From: a virus
Strand: one strand, 5' to 3'
IMG/VR virus record: IMGVR_UViG_3300027963_000040
Length of the DNA stretch: 64,000 bases
A model generated the notes under the pieces. It was not told where the DNA came from, searched no databases, and saw nothing but the letters and a program-made list of their open reading frames with translations. Both the position numbers and the translations under genes were made by a program. How positions within the stretch are numbered: the first letter of the stretch is position 1; every line of letters begins with the position of its first letter. Shown piece after piece: positions 49,087 to 56,990 of this stretch.

Positions 49087-49962
49087 TTACCTCAATAGAG
49101 TTTTCAGTTCTTTGGCGAGCTTACCGGAATAATCGCTCTTCAGAACTTGAATGGTTTTGTTTCTCTCGTTGATCTCATTTTCGTAATCGTAGAGGTAAAC
49201 GGGATCCCAGTAATTCAGTTCCTCTGCTGGTATATTGCTGACAAGAAGTGTAGCTGCTGTATAGTTTTTGCTCTCTGCGCTTTCTCTACCAACAACTGAC
49301 ATCGTATTGATACCAACGTCTTCGGTTACAATACCTGAAGTATGATGTATCGTGAGAGATGTTGTTGACTTGCCACAAACCTGACCACTACCGATTAAAG
49401 TTGAATTGCGGTACACGTTTACGATCTCATCAGTTATATAGTCTGAACCATCTACATTGTAACTAACAACATTATTGGTTGATCTCTTCCAGTCAATTGG
49501 TTTTCTCTTATAACCAAGAGGAGTAGTCGACTGGTATACATCTCCATATATGGGCTCGTAGAACTTCTTCAACGTTTGAGTGATCGTTTCGAACTGCGAA
49601 ACGGAGATAGAATCCGGGTATGAATACCAGTTGTTCCTGTAGTATTTGATCTTGGTTACTGAATTAACGTATGAACCATATTTCTTTACTATGAAGTCTT
49701 GGAAAGTTGTCTGATCCATATACCAATCATAATAAGGATCGACGATCTTGTTCGTTAGATGTAGAATCCAGCCCATATACTCATCGTTGTAATAACGATC
49801 AGCAATGTTGTCAGCTCTTTCGCCCTCTCCAATATCATATGCGTAGTATAGCACAGGACTGCTGTAAACAGCATTTAGAACAACTGCACGCTCTGTGATG
49901 TTACGAACGTAGTTGTTCGCGTATTGGATTATTGGGAATTTTTCGAAGTACTTCTCAGCCAT
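49087..49962 (-). CDS. gp53: Baseplate wedge component
   Basis: YFEKFPIIQY, GERADNIADRYY, IVDPYYDW and YENEINERNKTI motifs. Confidence 0.9.
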   Translation of the reverse strand: MAEKYFEKFPIIQYANNYVRNITERAVVLNAVYSSPVLYYAYDIGEGERADNIADRYYNDEYMGWILHLTNKIVDPYYDWYMDQTTFQDFIVKKYGSYVNSVTKIKYYRNNWYSYPDSISVSQFETITQTLKKFYEPIYGDVYQSTTPLGYKRKPIDWKRSTNNVVSYNVDGSDYITDEIVNVYRNSTLIGSGQVCGKSTTSLTIHHTSGIVTEDVGINTMSVVGRESAESKNYTAATLLVSNIPAEELNYWDPVYLYDYENEINERNKTIQVLKSDYSGKLAKELKTLLR

Positions 49963-49978
49963 TTACGGAATCCTTATC

Positions 49979-51010
49979 CTAATTAGGATTTTCTCCGGGT
50001 GTAACCCCTGTTAACAATCTAGCATTACGAGCTATAGCAGCAATATCGTCGAAAGCATTACCTTCAAAATCATTATTAGTCCAATATTCGATTTCTTGCA
50101 TCTGAATGCTAAACGTTACAGCAGTCGGAGCTTGAGAACGTTTGAAAAATGACGGACCGGATCCAGCAGCGTAATTAACATCTACACTTTCAACAATACA
50201 AGGTTTGAATCTGTAAAGGAATTCGCTAGAAGGAAACAAACTTATAATAACTCTACTTGGGAAAGAGAAAAACAACCCATTGCCTTCAGAGACACCTGGG
50301 GAAGCGTGAAATTGAAATGTTCTAACCAAATCTCTGATTATACCAGATTCTTGTTCATCTCTTGGCATAAGTTTCCAGGAAAAACTGTGTTTCTTGAAAT
50401 TGGGATTTTTGAATAGAACTGTCTGATAAGGATTTACAGCTATTCCAGAATAAGCAGATGCTGCAGCTACAACTTGTGGTACTTGTCTTTGAACAGCTTC
50501 GATTGTAGCACCCTGTGCGGCAGATAAACCAGTCTCAAGCGCTTTTCCTAATCCTTCTTCAAGTCTAGAACCACCTGTAGCAGATGAACTTGTTCCAACA
50601 GCCGATTCCAAAGCAGCGCCGACAGCAGGTCCAAGAGATTCTGTTGCGTAAGAAACGCTCAAATTGTCTTTCAAATTACTAGGTAAAGGTAAACGAACAG
50701 TTCCAGTAGACCTTAAAAACGGAGAATCATTGATTGATCTTTTTTTGTATTCTTGAAAACTGAAAGAAACATAAAAATCTCTATTGTTCTGAACGAGATC
50801 TCTAGGGAAAATAAGACCTTGCTGAAATTGAGCAGCCATTCCAGCTCTTCTGTTATACAGTTTAACAGCATCCGCAGTTGTATAAACTGCTATTGCAGCA
50901 GCTGCTAAACCCTGAGCAGCTGCTATTCTGTTTGCTGTTATTCCAACTCTTGCAGCTACATCCGCTAAATTCGTTGGTGTATTTCTTGGTTGGTTTCCTG
51001 TTCCCGACAT
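49979..51010 (-). CDS. gp48: Baseplate tail-tube cap
   Basis: NPYQTVLFKNPNFKKHSFSWKLMPRDEQES motif. Confidence 0.85.
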   Translation of the reverse strand: MSGTGNQPRNTPTNLADVAARVGITANRIAAAQGLAAAAIAVYTTADAVKLYNRRAGMAAQFQQGLIFPRDLVQNNRDFYVSFSFQEYKKRSINDSPFLRSTGTVRLPLPSNLKDNLSVSYATESLGPAVGAALESAVGTSSSATGGSRLEEGLGKALETGLSAAQGATIEAVQRQVPQVVAAASAYSGIAVNPYQTVLFKNPNFKKHSFSWKLMPRDEQESGIIRDLVRTFQFHASPGVSEGNGLFFSFPSRVIISLFPSSEFLYRFKPCIVESVDVNYAAGSGPSFFKRSQAPTAVTFSIQMQEIEYWTNNDFEGNAFDDIAAIARNARLLTGVTPGENPN

Positions 51011-51025
51011 TCCTAGTTTACCTTT

Positions 51026-51052
51026 GATAAATACTGGTTGCTTCTATTTATA
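51026..51052. promoter_or_regulatory. Face-to-face late promoters serving the divergent gp48 and gp4 operons
   Basis: TATAAATA on minus at 51045-51052; GATAAATA (one mismatch) on plus at 51026-51033. Confidence 0.7.
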
Positions 51053-51066
51053 ATGAAATTGAGAAG

Positions 51067-51510
51067 ATGGCAAAGTACACACAAGGCTATTTCAAACCAA
51101 GAAACCCGAAAAAATACAAAGGCGACCCAACCAATATCGTGTATCGATCTAGTTGGGAGCTTCGCTTGATGACTCATTTTGATCAGCATCAGGATGTCGT
51201 ATGGTGGAAGTCAGAAGAGACAATCATACCTTATCGTTCACCAGTCGATGGAAAAATGCATCGATATTTCCCGGATTTTCTTATAAATACAAAGAACAGA
51301 CAGGGATTGAGCGAGACGATGCTGATCGAAGTCAAACCGAAAGCGCAGACAGTCGAGCCTAAGAAAAAATCAACGGTGACGAAGCGATACCTGAATGAAG
51401 TCTTTACATGGGGAGTTAACTCCGCCAAGTGGGCAGCTGCTGAAGAATATTGTAAAGACAAAGGCTGGAACTTCGTCATCATGACAGAGAAAGAAATCTA
51501 CGGTAAATGA
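51067..51510 (+). CDS. gp4: Head completion nuclease
   Basis: YKGDPTNIVYRSSWE, HRYFPDF, IEVKP and NSAKWAAA motifs. Confidence 0.94.
   Translation: MAKYTQGYFKPRNPKKYKGDPTNIVYRSSWELRLMTHFDQHQDVVWWKSEETIIPYRSPVDGKMHRYFPDFLINTKNRQGLSETMLIEVKPKAQTVEPKKKSTVTKRYLNEVFTWGVNSAKWAAAEEYCKDKGWNFVIMTEKEIYGK
51282..51289 (+). promoter_or_regulatory. Internal late promoter TATAAATA
   Basis: Exact consensus inside gp4, upstream of gp2. Confidence 0.55.
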
Positions 51511-52103
51511 CCGCATACATTTTTCAACAACTATCGCAGCGCGGCAAAGCAGAAGGTATAGACAGGTCTGATGTAGAAGAAGCGCGCGAATGGTTTAGAC
51601 AGGCTGCGCTGGATGTTCGCACCGTCAACCGTCGCCGAATGATGAATGACAAAAAGAACATCAAGACTGTTCTGGATCAGAAGTCTATTGGCAAAATGTA
51701 TACGTTCTTCTACGATCCAAAACACAAACAGACACTTCCTTACTACGATTTGTTTCCACTGATTTTTCTTGTTGATTTCAAAGACAACGGATTTTTAGGA
51801 ATCAATCTACATTATCTCCCGCCTGTATTGCGCGCGAAACTTATGGATGCTCTGTATCAGATCGTAAACAATACCAAGCATAACGATACAACAAAGTTGA
51901 AGATCTCTTATCAAGTCTTGGCTTCCGCATCTAAATATCGTTGGTTCAAGCCATGTCTGAAACATTATCTTTGGGATCATGTCGCGAGTAACTACCTAAA
52001 TATTGAACCTACCAACTGGGATTCCGCGCTGATGCTACCGACAGAACAATTTAGAAAAGCGACCAAGGAAAAAGTCTGGCGCGAGTCGAGAGAGATGATC
52101 TAA
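51507..52103 (+). CDS. gp2: DNA end protector protein
   Basis: YDPKHKQTLPYYDLFPL, GINLHYLPP and PCLKHYL motifs. Confidence 0.94.
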   Translation: MTAYIFQQLSQRGKAEGIDRSDVEEAREWFRQAALDVRTVNRRRMMNDKKNIKTVLDQKSIGKMYTFFYDPKHKQTLPYYDLFPLIFLVDFKDNGFLGINLHYLPPVLRAKLMDALYQIVNNTKHNDTTKLKISYQVLASASKYRWFKPCLKHYLWDHVASNYLNIEPTNWDSALMLPTEQFRKATKEKVWRESREMI

Positions 52104-52840
52104 TGTTCAACATCGCAAGATTTTCGGCTCACATAAATAATAGTGGAACTGTCCAAACTAACAAGTTCATTGTAAGAATCCCACCGCCCATAATTTTGCA
52201 AAATGGGTTCGAAGTGGTACAAAGATCAATCGAATACAGAGCGAACTCAGTAAAAGTTCCCGGAGTCGATCTAGACACTCAAAACGTTTCGCGTTATGGT
52301 GTGGGTCCATCACAGAAATTCCCAACCAATGTAAACTTCACGGACGTTGATATCAACTTCCTCGATAACAATAACAATGCTTTTTGGAAATACTTTGCGA
52401 AATGGATGAATGGGATATTTGACTATACTGGGGTGAGTGGAGGAAGTCAGCCTAGCTATAAAGTTGAATACAAACAGTACTATCAGACAGATATTCAAAT
52501 ATTTGTTTTTGATAATGCTGGTCGTCAAACCAACGCTATCATTTTGAAAGAAGCTTTTCCGATTTCGTTGAGTGATGTTAGTTTGTCTTGGAGCGAAAAT
52601 AATCGCCTGTATGAATTCAGTGTAAGATTTTCATTCAAAGAATGGTTTTACAGTGGTTACGACATGGGTGTATATGAATCTGGTGCAACTATAGGTCCTG
52701 GTCAAACAGCACAAGTAGTTCCGCAAAGAACTGAATCGCCTAGACCACCAACAGGTGTCAATCAAGCAGTTGGAAATGAAGGTTTTATTGGTCTAAATGG
52801 CGAAGTATCACCGACACCAGTATTCCAAACAGGATCATAA
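52103..52840 (+). CDS. gp54: Baseplate tail-tube initiator (gp54-like)
   Basis: Tube-protein fold motifs LKEAFPISLSDVSLSW and FSVRFSF; T4 gene order. Confidence 0.75.
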   Translation: MFNIARFSAHINNSGTVQTNKFIVRIPPPIILQNGFEVVQRSIEYRANSVKVPGVDLDTQNVSRYGVGPSQKFPTNVNFTDVDINFLDNNNNAFWKYFAKWMNGIFDYTGVSGGSQPSYKVEYKQYYQTDIQIFVFDNAGRQTNAIILKEAFPISLSDVSLSWSENNRLYEFSVRFSFKEWFYSGYDMGVYESGATIGPGQTAQVVPQRTESPRPPTGVNQAVGNEGFIGLNGEVSPTPVFQTGS

Positions 52841-52862
52841 ACATTAACAATGGAGATACATT

Positions 52863-53585
52863 ATGCCACTACCTAAAATCAAACACCCAATTTACGAATT
52901 TCATATTCCATCATCTGGTTTCGATCGTAAGAAAGTAGAACCTTTCCGCCCGTTCCTAGTCAAGGAAGAGAAGCTTCTGTTGATGGCTAAGGCATCGGAA
53001 GATTCAGGTGACATGCTCAGAGCAATCAAGCAAGTCGTAAACAACTGCGCTATCAATGATTCATTTGATGTTGATAAGCTGGCTATTTTCGATCTAGAGT
53101 ATCTCTTCATTCAGCTGAGATCTGTGTCTGTCAATAACGTCGTGAAGGTTTCTTACCGAGACAACGAAGATCAAGAGCTATACAATTTTGAAATTGATCT
53201 GAAAGAAATCGAAGTCAAGTTCCCGGAAAAGGTTGAGAGGGTCGTAAAGATCACCGACGACATGGGAATTCAGATGCGTTATCCGCCAGCATCTTTGTTT
53301 GATGACAAAGAGTTTTTGAAATCAGGCGACGATGCATTTTACGAATTGATTGTTCGTTGTATCGATAAGATCTACGACGGTGACGATATCTTCGATCCAT
53401 CAGACTACACCAAGAAAGAAATAGAACAATTCCTTGACGATGTCGGTGTTGATGTTTTTCAAAAGATACAAGACTTTATGTCCAATGTTCCCAAGTTGTA
53501 TTACAAGATCGAATACAAAAACAAGAATGGAAACAATAGGGTGATTGAGCTAACAACGCTCTCAGATTTTTTTACGTTGGATTGA
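52863..53585 (+). CDS. gp26: Baseplate hub assembly protein
   Basis: MPLPKI, FRPFLVKEEKLLLMA, FDLEYLFIQLRSVSV and terminal LSDFF motifs. Confidence 0.92.
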   Translation: MPLPKIKHPIYEFHIPSSGFDRKKVEPFRPFLVKEEKLLLMAKASEDSGDMLRAIKQVVNNCAINDSFDVDKLAIFDLEYLFIQLRSVSVNNVVKVSYRDNEDQELYNFEIDLKEIEVKFPEKVERVVKITDDMGIQMRYPPASLFDDKEFLKSGDDAFYELIVRCIDKIYDGDDIFDPSDYTKKEIEQFLDDVGVDVFQKIQDFMSNVPKLYYKIEYKNKNGNNRVIELTTLSDFFTLD

Positions 53586-53755
53586 ACCATAATACTCTAG
53601 AGAATTACTACGTTTCCATATTCTCGCTGGTTCAACACCATAAATATTCTGTTGCAGATATTGAAAATCTTTATCCTTTCGAACGTGACATCTTTGTTGA
53701 AATGCTCCTGCAATATCTAAAAGAGCTTGAAGAGCACAGGAGAAAAAATGCCTAG
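53582..53755 (+). CDS. gp51: Baseplate hub assembly catalyst gp51 (not in ORF track; -1 frame relative to gp26)
   Basis: Hand translation LNHNTLENYYVSIFSLVQHHKYSVADIENLYPFERDIFVEMLLQYLKELEEHRRKNA*; no N-terminal ATG and no properly spaced SD. Confidence 0.85.
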   Translation: MNHNTLENYYVSIFSLVQHHKYSVADIENLYPFERDIFVEMLLQYLKELEEHRRKNA

Positions 53756-54209
53756 ATTTGCAACACCGGATCCGGATGACGACAATAGTTTCCCAAGACC
53801 TGCGCAGGATGAAGTGAGAGCGATCAATAACTCATCTCGAATTCCTGTGGGTACTTTTGGTTCATCTCAAACGCAGATGAACCCAGCAGTCGGTCTGGCT
53901 CAGGCTGAGATCGATGCTATGATAGCAAAAGATCAGATAGCAAAACAAAACGATCACTGGGCTAAAACATATTGGCGTCCGGCGATGGGTTGGCTGTATA
54001 TGGCTATCTGCGCATTTGATTTTATAATATTTCCGCTTCTCTCTATTATCCTACCGATATTCAGAAATGTTGTTGGTGTGGATTTCCCATACACAACCTG
54101 GCAGCCTTTGACTTTGTCTAGTGGTGGTTTGATTCATATGGCATTCGGCGCTATTCTTGGTGTAGCTGCTTGGACACGCGGTCAAGAAAAGATTGCAGGT
54201 AGATCGTAA
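53748..54209 (+). CDS. Holin-like membrane protein (GTA 3TM holin type)
   Basis: WRPAMGWLY...FDFIIFP...HMAFGAILGVAAWTRGQEK; ATG 53748 with AGGAG SD. Confidence 0.75.
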   Translation: MPRFATPDPDDDNSFPRPAQDEVRAINNSSRIPVGTFGSSQTQMNPAVGLAQAEIDAMIAKDQIAKQNDHWAKTYWRPAMGWLYMAICAFDFIIFPLLSIILPIFRNVVGVDFPYTTWQPLTLSSGGLIHMAFGAILGVAAWTRGQEKIAGRS

Positions 54210-56989
54210 TGGCAAAAAGAGCTCTACCGGCAGCAAATAGAGTAACATCAATTGCTAGTGGAGCTGCGCGTGCAGCAACGAGACTTGGGTCTGCTGCGTT
54301 CAATAAAATGTTTCCTACGCTTGGTAGGATTCTAAATAAAAGTTCTGGTTCTAAAACTGACAGAGAAGAGTACGATTCTAAAAGAACTAGAACATCGTTG
54401 AATGCTTCGTTCAGCAAAAACAACGATACATTCAATGCGATTATTGACGCGCAAAGTAAACAAAATCAATTACTAGAACAGATTCTGTCTGGTCTGAAAA
54501 GATCATCTAATCCTCAGTCAGCTTCATTATTGCCTGGGCTGTTGGGTGGTGGAGAAAACGACGGACCGAATATTCCTGATCTACCTGGATTAGATAGACC
54601 AGAACGCCGTCAAAAACCAACAGCAAGAACTAGATCTCCTAGATCTCGCTGGTCTAGATTTATGAGATTTCTACGTAGAAGAGCGCCTGCGATATTCGCC
54701 AGAATAGGAGCTAGATTAGCTACGAGTGCGGGGTTAGCTACGGTTCCTATTGCTGGTTGGCTTGTCGCAGCAGTTACTATCGGTCTCGCTGTTTCGGATG
54801 TTTATGCTCTGTATCAACTTTGGCAAGAGTTTAATTCTTTACCTGAAAACGAACAAGACGACGATGAAGATGAAGATCAAACTCCAGCGCCACCTCCACC
54901 GAGCCCAGAAGAACTGGCAACTGCTGAGCGTCAGCAAGAAGCTACTAGAGAAAATCTTGGCGACGTTAGCCAGATGGGTGATACACAAAATGTCACTCCA
55001 TCAGAACAACCTGTACTCGATGCGCAAAGACAACGTTCTGAGGAAAGAAGAGAGCAGGCTGGTCTTACGGAAAATCTAGAAGATCCCGAAAGACAAAGAA
55101 TAATGGAAAGGCTAGCTCGAGCGAGAGAGTTAGCAAACAGACCAGGTCAAAATGGCGTTGCTGCGCGAAATTCTATTCCTAGAATAGAAGCAGAATTAGA
55201 AAGACACAACGCAAGAAATCCTATTTCCCAGGAAGACGCGTCTAGAATTCAACAACCATCGGCTCCAGTAACAGTAAATCAACCAGCAGCACCAACGAAT
55301 CCGCCGGTTGTAGCAGCTCCACCTGCATCTGTAGCAGCTCCAGGATTATCTGAACCGTCAGCTACGCCAGCAACAAAAGAACCAGTTGTAGTACCAGCAC
55401 CAGCATCGCCAGCTGCAACACCGGTAGCAGCAGAGCCACCAACCAAACCACCAGCTCCAGCTGCTCCAGCAACAACTGAACTACCAGCTGCGAAACCAGT
55501 AGTAGAGCCTCCACCTGCACCAGAGACAACATCTCAACCAGCTGCAGTGCCGGTAGTAACACAACCAATAACTCCAGCTGCCGAGCCAGCAGTAAAAGCC
55601 CCATCGACTGCAACTCCAGTAGTAACTCCACCTGTTACACCATCAGCTCCAGCTGGTCCGCGCGAAACGCCAACAGAAATACAAACAGAATATGAGACGG
55701 ACGAAGAAGAAGTTCCAATGATGGAACTTGAAGTCTCAGCTGATAGAGAAACTGGTGCGCAATCGTCAAGATGGAATGTATTAGAAAAAAATGCTGGCAA
55801 ACCATCGAAGCAAGCCGAGCTTCCTGAGGCATTCAATGCTATAAGACTTGAGGGTAACACTCTTATCTATGATTTTGATAAAATTCGTTACGAAGCGGGT
55901 CTTATCAAGTTTGAAGGCGAAGGTGCTACGTCAAAACCAGCTGCTTCTCCTGTAAATAGACCAAGCCCATCCGGAGCTCCACCACCACCTCCGCCTCCCG
56001 CGAGCGTGAATAGAGCGCCACCTGCTGGTTCTTCTGGAACTGACGCAACTCCAATCAGCGCAGGTCCTGCGTCTGCAACTACTGGTGGCGGTAATGCAAC
56101 TGGAACCGACACCGCTTCGATAAGTGCAGGTCCAGCTTCGGCTCCTACTGGTGGAGGAAACGCTACAGGTACTGACACTGCACCAATCAGTGCAGGTCCA
56201 GCTTCTGCTCCTACAGGCGGAGGCAATGCGACTCGTGTAAATGCTCCTTCTGTAACATCAACCGGAGGAGCAACTCCATCATTCTCTGGTGGCGATCAGC
56301 AGGCTATGGAAATGATAAAGAGACATGAAGGAAAAAGAAACGCTCCATACAGAGATAGTCTGGGATTATGGACAGTCGGCTACGGTCACCTGATAGGAGA
56401 CGGTAGATCGCTACCAGCTGAATGGAACAGAACGTTCTCAGATCAAGAAATAGATGCCTTGTTTGCACAAGATTATGCGAAACACAAACAGGCTGCCGAG
56501 AGAATACCTGGTTTTGAAAAGGCAAACGACACAGGAAAAGCTGCTATCATCGATCTAACATTCAACATGGGTCCCGCATGGTTTAGAAGATTTCCGAACG
56601 CATCGGCTGCTTTGGCAAGAGGTGATTTTGAAACGTTCGCGAATGAAATGCAAAACTCTCTTTGGTTCCGACAGGTTGGTAGAAGAGGTCCAACGATCGT
56701 AGCTATGCTTAGAGCTGGTAGTAGTGGAGGAGCACAAACAGCTGCAACACAAACGCCAGCTGCACCTTCTTCAGGAGGTAGCGTTGCTCAGGCATCGACA
56801 GAAAGAGTTACAGCTGGTAGAGAACAAACTATGAGCTCGCAACGTATGGTTTCTAACTTCAATCAACAATCGACTCAGAGAGAACAAACAGGTAAGCCCT
56901 CGCAAACATCTGTTTCCCAGAACGTCGGCGAAATTCCTCTGAGAGTAAGAATGCTTTCTACATTCAATCAACTAGCGCAGGCGTCATAA
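54209..56989 (+). CDS. Pro/Ala-rich tail/hub (tape-measure-like) protein with C-terminal T4-lysozyme (GH24) domain
   Basis: IKRHEGKRNAPYRDSLGLWTVGYGHL (E-x8-D-x5-T), DLTFNMG and SLWFRQVGRRG; hydrophobic segment near aa 170-200. Confidence 0.82.
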   Translation: MAKRALPAANRVTSIASGAARAATRLGSAAFNKMFPTLGRILNKSSGSKTDREEYDSKRTRTSLNASFSKNNDTFNAIIDAQSKQNQLLEQILSGLKRSSNPQSASLLPGLLGGGENDGPNIPDLPGLDRPERRQKPTARTRSPRSRWSRFMRFLRRRAPAIFARIGARLATSAGLATVPIAGWLVAAVTIGLAVSDVYALYQLWQEFNSLPENEQDDDEDEDQTPAPPPPSPEELATAERQQEATRENLGDVSQMGDTQNVTPSEQPVLDAQRQRSEERREQAGLTENLEDPERQRIMERLARARELANRPGQNGVAARNSIPRIEAELERHNARNPISQEDASRIQQPSAPVTVNQPAAPTNPPVVAAPPASVAAPGLSEPSATPATKEPVVVPAPASPAATPVAAEPPTKPPAPAAPATTELPAAKPVVEPPPAPETTSQPAAVPVVTQPITPAAEPAVKAPSTATPVVTPPVTPSAPAGPRETPTEIQTEYETDEEEVPMMELEVSADRETGAQSSRWNVLEKNAGKPSKQAELPEAFNAIRLEGNTLIYDFDKIRYEAGLIKFEGEGATSKPAASPVNRPSPSGAPPPPPPPASVNRAPPAGSSGTDATPISAGPASATTGGGNATGTDTASISAGPASAPTGGGNATGTDTAPISAGPASAPTGGGNATRVNAPSVTSTGGATPSFSGGDQQAMEMIKRHEGKRNAPYRDSLGLWTVGYGHLIGDGRSLPAEWNRTFSDQEIDALFAQDYAKHKQAAERIPGFEKANDTGKAAIIDLTFNMGPAWFRRFPNASAALARGDFETFANEMQNSLWFRQVGRRGPTIVAMLRAGSSGGAQTAATQTPAAPSSGGSVAQASTERVTAGREQTMSSQRMVSNFNQQSTQREQTGKPSQTSVSQNVGEIPLRVRMLSTFNQLAQAS
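56036..56233 (+). repeat. 3 x 66-bp coding tandem repeat (GTDxxxISAGPASAxTGGGNAT)
   Basis: Units start at 56036, 56102 and 56168; third codon positions have diverged. Confidence 0.9.
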
Positions 56990-56990
56990 A

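Noticed and set aside
334-50000. Numerous short plus-strand ORFs opposite structural genes (and minus-strand ORFs within 54-60 kb)
   Set aside because: These are antisense shadows of well-supported genes, with no recognisable motifs or SDs.
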